Shown here piece after piece: positions 38,441 to 52,054 of a stretch of DNA of 64,000 nt. The notes beneath the pieces are model-generated. The model had not been told where the DNA came from. It worked only from the letters and a program-made list of their open reading frames with translations, and ran no database searches. The position numbers and the translations under genes were made by a program. Location of the stretch: assembly GCA_976226885.1 (NCBI GenBank), contig OZ320314.1:130386001-130450000 (forward strand), written 5' to 3'. How positions within the stretch are numbered: the first letter of the stretch is position 1; every line of letters begins with the position of its first letter. Source of the DNA: Iphione sp. A-MEVVRFRX5 (taxonomy: Eukaryota).

Positions 38441-39484
38441 AAAGAAGGAAGAGCAGGTGGGAGTTCAGTTACCCTGATGCCCTCCCTAGGCATTTGAGAT
38501 ATTGTCGCCCCTGTGAGTGTGCAACAGGCAGGGAAAGTTCTTCTCCCAAGAAGTGGTCACTCGGGGCAGTTGGTCATTAATCGAGTGGTAACTGTATCTA
38601 TTGTTGAGTCATTGATACCCAAAAATACTTAAACTCTGTATAACTAAGATGAAACTTGTGTAAAAGTGTTCTTAGGACATCCGTAGTGAAGAAGCAACAC
38701 AGTTCCGTGCATATCTTTTATTACAGAAATAAGGCAAAAAGCGGCAAGATCTTCCAAAAAGAGGTTTATTAACTCCCACTAAGCTTAGATCAGGTACTCA
38801 AAAAGAGATATTGATGATTTGGGTCAAAAGGACTATGATTTATAGAAGGGAGTAGGAGCTGGCAGGCTGCCAGGCCCCAGACCCCTATATAAGCAGCCAG
38901 ATCTCCACCACTTGAGTCAGTCTGGAGCAGGGAGCATACTAGTGCCCAGCTCAGCCCACACTGCAGCAGTGCCTCCCCCTACCAGCAGACACTCATACCA
39001 CCGGAGACACTTGTGCTACCTTAACCAAGTTGTTGCTGCCTATGTGGACCGACACCAAGCCATAGTGTACTGTGAAAAGCACTTGATCTGACTCCCTGGT
39101 AACATCATGGTCTATGGGACAGGCTCAAAATGTGTAGTTCATTGATCTATAGTTTTTACAGTACTAGTCACCATCAGGTTGGAGACATTCACCCCTTGTG
39201 TGGTGACTTCAATAAAACTTTTGAAACTGCAACTATTGGAGCATCTCTTTTTAACACTACACAGGCAACCCAATACTGCTGTCTAATCAACGTCCTGCAC
39301 ACACATTGGTAACACAAACTAAACATGCACATACATATAAGCAAATAAGAGACACAAAGTAGAAGAGGACTCCAGCTCCCACTCAGACGATCCCAGGTGA
39401 TCTTTGGGGGCCCAACCGCACTGACGTGATCCAAGTATCACTGGAAAGTGGGAGGGCCTTCAGGATCTAGAATATATCTATATG

Positions 39485-40531
39485 TCATGCTTCTTGTAAA
39501 GTTGCTTTGACATTTTGTTTGTACCTGTAAGAAAGATAGGTACAACTCACAATAGCAGCAGTTGCTATAAACGCCCCCAGAACCTCAGCTATATTATGAT
39601 GGCCCCTTATGAGTATGTTCGGGAAGATGTACTGTAGTAAGAAACCTATGACAATACCTACACTGGATAGAAGCACATATACCAACGGACGCATGTTCTG
39701 GGCACCATACACAAGTAGCGTGGATGAGATGATTGATGCATTGAACATGTAGGTCATGAAGAAAAGGAGCACTGGTACATCATGTGTTACCACAGGTGCA
39801 TTAATGTAGAACATAAGGAGCAATGTCATAGGAATACTTGTGATACTTGTCCATAGATTAATAGTACATGTAGGCATATCAGTAAGTTTAATGTTGATAA
39901 AGAAGAAGCGTAATGATGTCATGACACCCGCTGCGAGTGCAAGCAACCAACCAAACGTCATGTTCCACAGGGGAATACCACAGCTGTGATTGGTCCCTGT
40001 GGTGTTGGCTGTTGTGTAGTTAGACTTTGGACTACACTGTCCCACGATACTTGAATTTTGCTGAAAATATGTGAATGGCTGGAAGATCAGTAGAGCACCG
40101 ATGAAGATGATACCAAAGAGTATAAACTCTGGAAATGTGACTTTCTTCATACCATGCATTTGTAGGAGGATCATTGTTCCGAGGAAAGTACTCAATATCA
40201 GCACTAGCATTACATGACCTATGGGTAAGTAGGTGCTGGCCAGTATGGTTAGGGCAAGTCCAGGTATGCTGAGAGTACTGGTGAGTGCTACCCAGGGTAC
40301 CAGGTTGCTGGGCACCAGAGGGCTAGCAGCATCTCTTCTCATGAAGTACGCACACAGGAGGATAGCTTGGCAAGTGTAGCGACCCAGACACATCTGGAAG
40401 ACGGGTATGGTATGGTGCATGAGCTGAATGCAGACAATTGCCACATTCTTCGCTAGTTCTCCACCGAAGACAGCCATGCAACCACTGAGAGTGTAGAGTG
40501 TAGTGCTGCAACTGCTGCGAGTTTGAGACAT
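39485..40531 (-). CDS. EamA/DMT superfamily transporter, SLC35G-like (paralog A), main coding exon
   Basis: About 10 hydrophobic segments in two EamA-like halves, with motifs ASTYLPIGHV, KKVTFPEFILFGIIFIGALLIFQPF and EVLGAFI. Acceptor tgtctctcag|g immediately precedes ATG (MSQTR). Confidence 0.85.
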   Translation of the reverse strand: MSQTRSSCSTTLYTLSGCMAVFGGELAKNVAIVCIQLMHHTIPVFQMCLGRYTCQAILLCAYFMRRDAASPLVPSNLVPWVALTSTLSIPGLALTILASTYLPIGHVMLVLILSTFLGTMILLQMHGMKKVTFPEFILFGIIFIGALLIFQPFTYFQQNSSIVGQCSPKSNYTTANTTGTNHSCGIPLWNMTFGWLLALAAGVMTSLRFFFINIKLTDMPTCTINLWTSITSIPMTLLLMFYINAPVVTHDVPVLLFFMTYMFNASIISSTLLVYGAQNMRPLVYVLLSSVGIVIGFLLQYIFPNILIRGHHNIAEVLGAFIATAAIVSCTYLSYRYKQNVKATLQEA

Positions 40532-41489
40532 CCTGAGAGACATAACATACACTATATGAACAAGAAAATAGATAAATGGAGTTGTAACATAAACTAAAAC
40601 CCTGAAAGTGGGAGATTCCTGTGTGGTAGCAATCCTAATATATTGTTGGAATGCAGTGGATGATAAATGATTTACTGATACTGATATTTAATATAGAACC
40701 TTGGTATTGGGACACCTTAGAACACGGGACATCTCTCTAATGTGGGCAGTTTTGCTGTTATCAGTAGTTTATGTATCTCTTGGAACTAGAAACAGCCCCT
40801 TAATGGAGACACTTTTACTAAGAACCAAGGCGTCTCAGTTGCAAGGTTCTAATATAATGCAGATTTCACTACTGGCATTTAATTTTGTAAGGTTAAAAAT
40901 GACATTGGCTAAGGTTACCAGATTTCAAAATACTGAGGTGTTTTAGGAGACTTGGAACATATATGGCATTTTCAAGAAATATCTGAAAGTGGCGTTAGAG
41001 ATATCAATGTCTGCATTAGTACTGAGAGACAGGGCAGCAATTTATACATTGCCTGATTACACAAATATATGATAATAGTTTTAATACTAGAATGAAACAC
41101 TGTCGTAGCATCATTTGGACATTGTTTTAGCTGTTGATTAGGTCCTTCACACAACTATAGTTGAGACCCATATAGGAGACCAACCTTAGGAGTGGTTAAT
41201 TTTAGTCTCTTTCTCACAGTTTGGTCTCATCAAAAACATTTACATATAGAGTGGATGAATGATTTGGTTTGAGAAAAGTTGCTTTGTCTGCCCTAGTTTA
41301 CTTTCTGCTGTGATACAGTCTTTAAGTAGCTCTCAACTATATACAACTTTCCATAGAATATTGAATGTCTGTGTGAATATATTAAACATAGCTCAGTAGA
41401 TAATGAACTGTGCTGCTGTAGGTTGCTATATATGATCCTAAAGAGGTCAAGAATGTTTTAAAACCAAATGCATGTAGTAGACTACTTAC

Positions 41490-41628
41490 CTTAGTAATAG
41501 TGAGGCTTTCAGGCAAGTCAGCACTGTGATGGTATGATTGTACGGTCCCCTTTAAGAGATTGTCTTGACTGGTAAAGGTGAGTTACAACACAAGCTTCCA
41601 ATCTATAGGTGAGCACTTACTGAACCAT
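41490..41628 (-). other. Upstream 5' exons of paralog A
   Basis: Donor AAG|GTAAGT at 41490/41489. Micro-exon ATG GTT CA|GTAAGT at 41628-41621. Homologous to 47493-47649 and 52397-52480. Confidence 0.55.
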
Positions 41629-41853
41629 GCTAACACATGGTGTAGTAAAGCTATTAATACCAGATGACTGGTAATGGGATCACATAATTTACCCTTAGGA
41701 CACAAATCGATCATGAAATGAGGACAGCCCATGTAGACAAGCTGATTGGGAAGGGATACTAGAATCTCAAATATTTCATGAAGATTTGGAAAATATCAAT
41801 CAGAAACTTGCAATGCTGTTGGTAAACAAGATGTTGATACCATTAATAGACTA

Positions 41854-42200
41854 TGGTATAGAGTCAGACCTCGCCGTCCGCAGACTCAACAGCCAGAAAA
41901 ACACACTAACCATATTCGGCTTGAGGACCTAAGCCCTCTGCTACCTGTCTATTAGTCCTTAATTATCTAAGCCTTCACTATATGGGTATTATTTGTCTGT
42001 CATAAATTCTCCTGACAAGAGTTCCGCTCTGTCGGTCACTACCTTTTAGTACATACCTTTTGCTATATATCAGCCCTGCTGTCTCCCCATTAGTCCTTAA
42101 TTATCTAACCCCTCGTTATGTGGGTATTATTCGTCTACCTTAAACTGTATGCTTATTTCCCTTACTGTAAACTCCTTACTTATACTAAGTGACTAGAACA
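41854..42200 (-). mobile_element. Possible solo LTR
   Basis: TG...CA ends, tatatag TATA on the minus strand, internal about 50-bp direct repeat (ttagtccttaattatctaa...gggtattatt). No TSD found. Confidence 0.3.
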
Positions 42201-42799
42201 CAAGTTTGTCATCCCTGCCATGATTGTGGGTTTGGTAACATTCCGCTTGTGGGTTTTTACTGGTTGTACCCAGTGCATCTCTTTGATTCACAGAAGCTTC
42301 CTAGCTTTCTAGCTTTTGGATATGCCATTTTGTCATCCTGATATCCTTTTCTTCTACATACCTCTCCTTTTAAGAAGGGATAACACGGACCTATTTCTAA
42401 GTCAGCCCTGCCCTTAGAAGGGGTTGGATTAGGTAGACTGAACTCAAGCCACATCCACCCCATAAAGCCTGGTTTCTATATCTGCATTAATGTCTGGGCC
42501 CATTGCTGTCCATTTCAGACTCAAGTTTTAGGATATATTATTTTTTGAACTAGTTTATATACCTTGAAAATATACATATTGTATTTTCTTCCAGCTTGGT
42601 GTTCTTGGTCACAACATTATAATAGTTATACTGATATGGATCACACCCCTTCATTATTTGCTGTTGGTAGCTTTTCTTTTTAATAATATTCTCTGTATAA
42701 AGTTTAATAATTAAGTAACAATTATAGCTATATCAACTGTTAATATAATAGGCTTTTCCATGACTAACACTAAATAGTGAGCTGGCATGAAGATAGCTA

Positions 42800-45700
42800 A
42801 TACTAGTTTCTCTCCATGGGACCACATCTCATGGCCTATGTCATTTTCCCTGTAGTAAGATTAAATTTGTGACAAGTCCATTGCTGTTCATATTTATGGA
42901 ACATGTTGAATCTATTGGGAGGTGCCCCATATGTGCATTGCTATCTCGGTCCATTGGGGTCCATTGCAATGTTTTGTCTAATTTTTAAGACATGCCCAAG
43001 AATTTTCTTTCATTGCACATCGCTGCATGAGTTGCATATGGCAGATAGTCTTTAGAGAAGGCAAGAATATTAATGAACCTATGTTAGATATTGTGGAAAT
43101 ACATGGGTGCTGTACATTACCACAGATTTCTGCACCTTTTTGTTAGAGCTGACCCTGTAGAGGTTCTCCTATTAGTTAGGCTTAGGTGACCAATCAGGGG
43201 ATTTTGTCAGCACAGATTTCTACAATTGGCTAGGCTTGCTTGTTGGGTAACCACAGAAGGTTTTGTTAGCTAGACCTTGTAGACCAAACACAGGTGATTT
43301 TGTGTTTAAACCTAATGGAAATTTGTATCTAAAATATTTCAGAAAGGCAGTAAATATAGGCAGTAGATACTTAATTGAACTTTCCATTTTTGTTATAAAA
43401 AATATTTAGTATGAATGAAACATCAGGTATTCAAAGTTGACTACTTTTAAGATTTGCCTCTCTTCATCTGTGTCTGGGATGTTATGTTTGCCAAAACTGT
43501 CCATGCATTTCTGGTGAAAAAAGCTTCACTATTGATAGATACAGTTCATTTGGCTCGATTAAATAAGTGATACTGAATATGTATCCTCTTTTTACATTTC
43601 CTTGTGAATTGCAGCATTTATATCCCAAACGGAGATGATCTGTTAAGATATTCTGATAGACTGTTTTATTGGCAATACTATATTAGGGGTAGATACCCCT
43701 ACTCTGTCAGTATGATGTTCCAAGGGAGTCCAAACACAACTTAGAGTGGTTTAACCAAGTAGTTGAATACAAGTTAAACAAACCACTTCATAGATAGTAG
43801 GAATAACAACATTTCACATAGGCAATGTTCCAACAAATAGTCTTAAAAATGATAGCAACTTATCACTAATTTCATATATAATCATGTTAAAGGTTCATTT
43901 ATATACAAAGGAGGTTCATTTAAATAAATAAACTGTTTCCAAATTTACACCATATTTAGCTAGTTGCAGAGGAATTTAATCTGAGTTAGCTTAGGGTAGA
44001 GTACAATACCCTGGCTTCACAATTAAAAGGGTTGAGAGTACAGTAACAGCTCATTTTTACTACTTTACAGTACCTGATAGCTAGATTTTGTAACCTCTGA
44101 AGAAGAACTATGATTGTTTGAAACACTGGGACATTAAAAACAACTAAAACTCAACTCACTGAGTTGTGGTAATGTGTTTATAACTTTATTAACAATGTTC
44201 CAACAAAGTTGACAGAAGTAGTTCTCCTAATAAAATAAAGTTGTTTGCAAGAAGAGACCACCTTAGTCTCAGAATGAATATCTCAAAATATCCTAGAATC
44301 CAATGTGTTATTCCAAGGTGTAGCTTTGTATGAACAAACTGGTTCCATACCAGAAGGTGAGTTTGAATTGCTTGTAACTGAACTGCCTGTCTGAGTGAAT
44401 TCCCTAGACTTTTATAAGGGATGAGGGTACTGAGTCAACCCCAGAAAGTATCAAACGAAGAGGCAGCCCCAATGAATGCCACATACTTTTCAAGAGTGCC
44501 CACACACTCCTTAAGAATGCCCATACTCTCCCCAAGAATGCCATCCTACTCCCCAGCAGTGGCCCACGTGAATGAAAGAGCAAACCAAAATGTGAGTCAG
44601 TTTGACTCACATCATGATTTGGCCCCATGGCAAGATTCATATTGTGAGACGATTCTTTCTGTGCTAGGTCACTCAGTACCGATTAATTCATGGTGTTTAT
44701 TTTGTTCTCCTTTTTGTTTTCTTATCAAAGTTACTTCTTATCCAATCTGGTATTTAAAAAAAAAAAATTTCATGTACAGACATACAATATTACTTCTATT
44801 ACACATAGAATTATGATGGGTAGATAGTTCACATTTCTTATACAATTTCACAGAGCATAGGATGAATAAACTTTTTCATCTGGTTGGGTGTTATTTATGT
44901 CAATTCTATATGAAAAAATACTGTAGGAATTCTATAACACCAATACCATAAAATTCCAAATATGTCAGTGAGTACACAGAGGTACACTAGAGGATATTGA
45001 ATACTATGTTTTTCTGACAAAAATATATCAAGGAGAGACTTTTATGATAGAAACCTTAGAGAATATATATTGGATATATTAGGGAAAAATCATAGTATGT
45101 ATAATAGAAACATCAAACAGTATTAAAACATATTGAATAAGATGCAGTGGATACACCAATCATTCTTATTGTTATAACACTGCCAACACCCTATTAGGAA
45201 CACTAATAGTCACAATAACATATTAAGTATGCTTGTAGTTGGTATGTATTCTTGAATAAATGATGTGTTTCAATACTTTTATTAAGCACATGTATTGGAG
45301 TTAACACTGTCATGCTTATCTATCAGGTTGAAAGTGGAGAAATCATTGTACTCCCAAACCCAGTCTAAATACCTAACCCATCATAATAAATTGTTTTGTG
45401 TGGACAAGTATTTTACCTAGGTATCTATGTATATATACATCTTACTATTATAACAATGCATGAATATTCTTCTAACACACCATTATGTGAATACTATACC
45501 ATCATAGATTTAGCAGATAGAAAGAATATACTGGGTGTAGGGAGAGCTCCCAGTTTTATATGTGTTAGAGTCTATCAGTTTTACATGTGTTAGGGTATAG
45601 TCTAATATTTTGACTTTTAACTTGCACATTAACATTTATTTTTGACAGGCATAACAAAACAGGAAAATAGATGACATAGTATTTCCATATCCTTTCACTT

Positions 45701-47360
45701 TTCTCTGTGACATAGTTTTTAGGATGACAAAACCAGCCCAAGACATTTATTAATTATTCATACATATATATATATATATCTCATATTTCTTGTAAAGTAG
45801 TTTTGACATTTTGTTTGTGCCTATAAGACAGATAGATGCAACTCACAATAGCAGCAGTGCTCATAAAGGCTCCTAAAACCTCAGCCATATTGTTGTGGCC
45901 CCTAATGAGTATATTCGGGAAGATGTACTGTAGTAAGAAAGCTATGACAATACCCACATTGGATACAAGTACATATACAGAGGGGTGTACATTTTGGGCA
46001 CCATAGACACGTAGCATTGATGAGGTTGTTGATGCTAACATGTAGATGCTAAAGAATAGGAGTACTGGAACATCATGTATCACTACAGGTGCATTGATGT
46101 AGAACATCAGAAGTAGTGTGATAGGAATATTTATGATACCTGTCCATAGGTTAATAATGCTTGTATTGATTCCAGCAAGTTTAATGTTGATAAAGAAGAA
46201 ACGTAATGATTTCATAATACCTCCTGCGACTGCAACCAACCAACCAAATGTCATGTTCCAGAGAGACATACCACAGTCATGATTGCCCCTGATGTTGGTA
46301 GGTGTTGTATAATTAGAGTGTGAACTGCACTGCCCCATGCTACTTGAATTTTGCTGAAAATATGTAAATGGCTGGAAGATAAATAGAGCACCGATGAAGA
46401 TGACACCAAAGAGCACATATTCTGGGAATGTGACTTTCTTCATACCGTGCATTTGTAGGAGGATTACTGTTCCCAGGAAATTACTCAACAACAGCACTAG
46501 TACGGCATGACCCACAGGTAGATACATGCTGGCCAGTGTTTTTAAAGCAAATCCAGGAATGCTGAGAGTAGTGGTGAGTACTACCCAAGGTACCAGGTCT
46601 TTAGTCAGCAGAAGTGTAAGAGCACCTCTCCTTATGAGGTACACACAAAGGAGGATGGTCTGGTAAGTGTAGCGACCCAGACAGAGCTGGAAGACAGGGA
46701 TAGTATGGTGCATGAGCTGAACACAAACAAGGGTCACATTCTCTAACAGCTCTCCACCAAAGATAGCCATGTAACCATTGAGAGTGTAGAGTGTAGTTCT
46801 GCAACTGCCGCAAGTTTGAGACATCCTGAGAGACATAACATACATTATATTATATGAACAAGAAAATGGAGAAAATGAGTTGTAACATAAACAAAAACCC
46901 TGAAAGTGGAAGATTTGTGTGTGGGTTGACAATCCTAATGTATTATTGGAAGGTAGTGAATATTACATGTTTTGATTTTATCAATAGTTTATGTACTTCC
47001 TGGGACTGGGAACAGCCTCTTAATGCAGACAGTGTTACTAAGGACAAAGGACCTGATAACACACAATTGCCTGATAACACACAACATATGATAGTTTTCA
47101 TACTAGAATGCGACACTGTTGTAGTATCATTTCAATATTATTGTGACTGTCAATCAAGTCTATCATACAACTGCAGTGGAGACCTGTATAGCAGACTCAG
47201 TTTAGAACTGCCTAATGTTAGTCTGTCTCACAGCTTCGTTGTATCAGAAATACTCTAAATAGAGGGTAAATGAATTATTTGGTGTTAGAAATCTGGGTCT
47301 CTCTCCTTTAATTTACTGTCCTCTGTGATGTGGGCTCTAGCTGGGTCTCAACTGTATATG
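42800..47360. repeat. Segmental duplication, copy 1 (copy 2 at 59174-63163)
   Basis: Collinear similarity from ctagtttctctccatgggaccacatc through the paralog B gene to ggtctcaactgta. Confidence 0.9.
45781..46824 (-). CDS. EamA/DMT transporter, SLC35G-like (paralog B), main coding exon
   Basis: Full-length homolog of paralog A with the same acceptor tctctcag|gATG (MSQTC). The listed ORF start lies in the intron. Confidence 0.85.
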   Translation of the reverse strand: MSQTCGSCRTTLYTLNGYMAIFGGELLENVTLVCVQLMHHTIPVFQLCLGRYTYQTILLCVYLIRRGALTLLLTKDLVPWVVLTTTLSIPGFALKTLASMYLPVGHAVLVLLLSNFLGTVILLQMHGMKKVTFPEYVLFGVIFIGALFIFQPFTYFQQNSSSMGQCSSHSNYTTPTNIRGNHDCGMSLWNMTFGWLVAVAGGIMKSLRFFFINIKLAGINTSIINLWTGIINIPITLLLMFYINAPVVIHDVPVLLFFSIYMLASTTSSMLRVYGAQNVHPSVYVLVSNVGIVIAFLLQYIFPNILIRGHNNMAEVLGAFMSTAAIVSCIYLSYRHKQNVKTTLQEI

Positions 47361-47492
47361 GCTTTCTAAAAAATATTGAATGTCTATATAAATATATAGA
47401 ATATAGCTTGTTAGATGAACTGTGTTACTGTTGCAATATATCACCCTAACAAGGTCAGTAATTTCTCTAAACTGAATACAAGATTACCTTAC

Positions 47493-47649
47493 CTTAGTAA
47501 TAATGGTGTTCCCAGCTCCTCTCTCAGGCCAGTCGGCACTGTGACAATGTAGTTGTACCTTCCCCTCTAAGACATTGTTTCTCGACTGGTAAAGGGGTCA
47601 GAAGAGAGAGTCCTATAACAAGGTATAAAGCCATACTTACTGAACACAT
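47493..47649 (-). other. Upstream 5' exons of paralog B
   Basis: Donor AAG|GTAAGG at 47493/47492; micro-exon ATG TGT TCA|GTAAGT at 47649-47641. Confidence 0.55.
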
Positions 47650-48548
47650 GGTAAGAAAGATAAAAATTATAGCAATTCAAGAAACTTGGTTGCATAGCAA
47701 AATTGATAAGAAGCTGCTGAGTAATGATGGTTATTACATTTGTAGATAAGACAAGATGTTGGAAAACTTTTTAAAAAGCACGTGGTAGAGGCCTTGTTAT
47801 TTATCGCTATCAAAGTTTTGACCTAGGGATGGATCTCTCCTACCTGAATATCTCTAATCAAGATATTTAGATGCAGTACATTAGGATTGTGCTTGGAAAT
47901 TGGAAGAAAATCATATTTATCATTATCTACAGACCTCCAATTAGTAGTGTGAATTCCTTTTATATTATTTATAACAACACTCTGTCATGATTAAATTCTA
48001 TAAGAGAAATACTGTGGCTTAATGAAGAAATTAAGTGATCCGATTACTCTAAATCTCTAAATGTAAGACTGATGCAATAAAAGAAAATTTAGTATATAAC
48101 ATCCTGAATCAAACATATTGGTATAAGAGTAATGACCCCCGCAAGGTGCTGGGAAATCTCCCCAGCAGAAGCTGGTGACTGATGATCTATTCTCCATTAC
48201 CTCCAAAGCTGTACCTAAATGTTGCTCCGTCTTTATAACTAAGCTCCTACTTAAACTAATAGGACTCAAGAATTATGTTAAGAAAAAAGCCCTATTAAGG
48301 AAAGATTCGGATTCAGTAAGATTGTGGACCCGTGAGGTTTGTTGCCCTCAACCCTCAAGTGGCCATTTCATACTTGATTGCACCTCCTTTGGTTAGACTG
48401 GTACAAGGTGATGCTGGTAGGAAGGGGGGCTGGTGAGTAAGTGTTTGTGTGTGTGTGTGTGTGTGTGTGAGTGAATTATCAGACCTAGAAATCCCCAAAT
48501 AAGGTATGCATGTTTGTGAGTGTGTTAGCAAAAGAGTAAATAGGCATA

Positions 48549-48725
48549 CAGTGGAGACTCTATTTACGACTGCGTCGATTTATGACCATATCCAATTTAC
48601 AACCATTTATTATGGGAACAACAATAATAATTTCTGTAAGAATTTTTATCGGTTTACAGCTAAATTCGCCCTTACAACCATTTTCTTTGGGTTCAGAGTG
48701 GTGGTTGCAAATAGGGTTTCAACTG
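48549..48725. mobile_element. MITE, Tc1/mariner-like
   Basis: TA|cagtggagactctattt ... aaatagggtttcaactg|TA (14/17 TIR). Confidence 0.7.
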
Positions 48726-49574
48726 TAGTGTCAACTTTAGAATGTTTGAATCACTACCAAAATTTCCTAGTTCTATTCGTCCATATACATTGGTATCATA
48801 TACCAGAATCAGTTCATTTGACTAAAGGGTTTAACAGCCTTCCCAGCCCATCAGCGAAATTATTGTTAAAAGAACTAGAAAAATGGCCTTATACCATATT
48901 TTTAGCCACTTGCCACATAATACAACTCAAAATGGCTCAATATCCAGTATAGCTTATCTTCATTCCAGAAGTAGATGCACATGTTTTCAACAGAGCAATC
49001 CGAAAATACAGAAAGTCTGAGGTGGTTATATAATAAGAGTTTATGACTCTTGATTCTCTTTAACTTTAAGACTCTAACCTGGGCTATTTCAAATCAATTT
49101 TTTGATTAACCTGACCACCAAAGTCACACCCTATGTTATATGACTATACTAGGTGGCTATGTCTAAACATTGATAAAGCAGCTTCCCATCAATACCACTA
49201 ACTGAAACCATTGTCCATACATCTCTTAAACTGTACTTCTCTACAAAGAAACTGGTGCTGAAAACATTCTACAAAGTATGATCCCGGAAAAGATCTGTTG
49301 TCAAAAACTGCAGCTGACCCAACCCAATTGACACATCGCTGCATGACAGGACAACATGTTTTATGGTCATGATATCTGTCAATCAAACTGTTCCATAGCC
49401 AATGATGTTATACTGTTTTGTCATGTGACTTGTGTAACCAATCTGTGCAGACCATTTGAGCGACACTGTTGTTCATGTGTGACCGTATTAGAATAATGAC
49501 TGTCACATGTCATTATGTACTTATGTAAATGTATTGACATTATATCCATTAAGAACATGCTGAGGCATCTTTAT

Positions 49575-50010
49575 TATTTATCAATACTCCAAATCCGAAC
49601 GATGGCTGTTTCCACCAAAATTGTTCGGATTTCGGAAAATTCGGATTTTGAAGTGGCCAAAGGCCATGTTTCAACATACTAATCATATTCTTAAGCCCCA
49701 AATCGGCAAAATTTAGGCAAATTCATCTGAAAATTGGCAATACTTAGCCAAAATCGGCAAAATTTAGGCAAATTTGTCTGAAAACTTATAAAAACTAGCC
49801 AAATTCATCCAAACAGCAGCAAAATTCATGCCAATTTGGCTGAAAATTTGCAAAAACTAGCAAAATTTGTCAAAAATCATTTGGATTTCGAATTGAAAAG
49901 TTCGGTTATATGAGTATTTTAACAGAGAAAAATGATTCGTCCCAGCCAAATTTGTTCAGATTTCAGGAAATTCGGTTTTTAAGTGTTCGGATTTAGCATA
50001 TCCTCTGTAT
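49575..50010. mobile_element. MITE-like element with internal aaaatcggcaaaatt repeats
   Basis: Inverted aaatccgaac / gttcggattt motifs near both ends; right end ...tcctctgTA. Confidence 0.45.
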
Positions 50011-50056
50011 ATGAGAACTGCAGTACACTGATACTATGACTAGAAACGTTTTTTTT

Positions 50057-51100
50057 TTAAATTTTGAACATTGATTGTGACCATAGTGAAAGCGACATTG
50101 ATTGTGACTGTAGTGAAAGCATAGTGTGACTGCGCCTCCTCAGTGGAATAGGGTCCATGTCGATCAGCTCTCCGGTTGGCTGTGGCCTTGTAGCACACTG
50201 TTGCTTGGGAGCCTCCCCCTGTTTGATTGGCTCCCCTCTCCACTTAGTGTTCATACGTGGTGGGTGGGGTGGGCATGGCAAATGTAAAGGCAATAATGGA
50301 GTCCAATCAGGATTGTCCTCGTACCTTCTCTTAACTGCACAGGACAGATAAACTCTTTGCCTTAATGCACAATGATGATGGCAATGCACTACCAGTCCTG
50401 AAACCTGGATTACTTCATACTCTGTGTTCCACTTGCACTGCCCTTGGAGAGCTCTTGCCAAAGAGTCCAACCTGTCACTCACTACTGTGGGATCATGACC
50501 CTCCAGGCGCCTTAACATTGCTGTCACAAATGCCCGTGGTCGTTGCCTGTACATCAGGATAAATGGTGTATAGCCGGTTACAACTGATGTAGATATGCAG
50601 TGGGCCAGGAGGGCATTTTTCAACATGTCCTTCCACCGGCTACTGCACCTGTTGACTGTTTCCTGATGAGTTGCTTCAGTGTGTGGTGGAACTTCTCCAC
50701 TCGCCCATTGCTTTGGGGATAGTAAGGAGTTGTATGCCTATGATCAATGTCCATTTGTTTCAGATCACTGTTGAGAACCTCACCATTAAATTCACTGCCT
50801 TGGTCAGTAATGATGACTTCAGGTGTACCATATCATGGGATGAACTCTCTCTGTGGGAAGTTCAAGATGTTCTGCCCCTCTTTTTATGGAATAGGCTTAG
50901 CTTCCACCCACCCCGTGCAATGATCCATAACAGTCAGTACATACCAATTTCCCTAAGATGACGTTTCAAAGGGTCCACTTACTTGCGAACTGGCATGGTT
51001 CCTCCTAATTGCACGGCATGGGCTAGAGAGTTACCTATCCTGTCCTTACTTCAGCACATCCTTGTTGCCAAAACTGTAAGGACACCCAGTTTCTGGCCCA
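50057..51100 (-). mobile_element. Decayed Ty3/Gypsy integrase (rve) remnant
   Basis: Manual translation: GPFETSS*GNWYVLTVMDHCTGWVEAKPIP*...YGTPEVIITDQGSEFNGEVL...IDHRHTTPYYPQSNGRVEKFHHTLKQ...TGYTPFILMY. In-frame stops present. Confidence 0.85.
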
Positions 51101-52054
51101 GTTGCCTCACAGGGGTTGGACTCATCACCGTCACCAGAGGCTGCCTGTGGGTTGCTAAGCCACACCTACAGGTGAAGGGGAAGGACCTACCTGTCTTCCC
51201 TCTTATGTTACATACTAGTGGGAGTCTCCCACTAATAACTTCATGCAACACTTAGGTCATAACAATGCGAGCCTCAGTCCATGTCTTCTCATGTCTCTTG
51301 GTGTCAGGGGTCTACCCGTCTCAGTGTCTTGCTGGTTTTTTTCCATCAGTGTCAGTTTGCTCTTTCGTTTATTGCAGAAACAACATCATTTGCTTACATT
51401 TACTTACAAACATTTTCCAAGCAACGTGACCTTAAACCACTCCCTTCTGCATTATACAAGTTGGTAACCAGGACCCTTACTTGAACCGGGGGTTATTTTA
51501 CTGCATCATTCTCATGCTTGTGAACAGGAGCTTAACTTTCATGTGAGCTCTTCTCAGCTCATATTTCTTGAGATCTCCTGTTCGATATATCACCTAACTG
51601 GTGGTGGCCTCTCATGACCCTTCCCTGACATCAGCTCCGCTCTTAATACAAAATACACTCACTCCAGATAAGCTACTTATTATACAGGGTTCTCAGAAGG
51701 TCTCTGGCTTGCTACATGTCATTTTTTACCAGCGGTTCTCTGACTTAATTCTACCTTAAATCCTCTACTTTAATCCTACTGTATACCCTTCACTATAGGC
51801 CTCATACTTTACACTATGAATATGATGCAGTAAGTGCAAGATAAACTAGCTAAACTAGTATTAAGAAGTATATCTTCTCACATCGTCCGAACGCACTATT
51901 CGGATGAAATACTTTGTTGTACCCAACAGAGATTCCTGAACAAACACAAATACAAATACAACTATGGATGGATGTGCATGGTCGCTGTGCCAATGCACTC
52001 CTTTGGTAATGATAAGAGATACGATCTGCACCACCAGCTATGTTAGAAAACACA

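Noticed and set aside
38640-39105. TATA-containing segment (cctatataagc) ending ...ggtaaca, LTR-like
   Set aside because: No matching TG start with a TSD could be defined.
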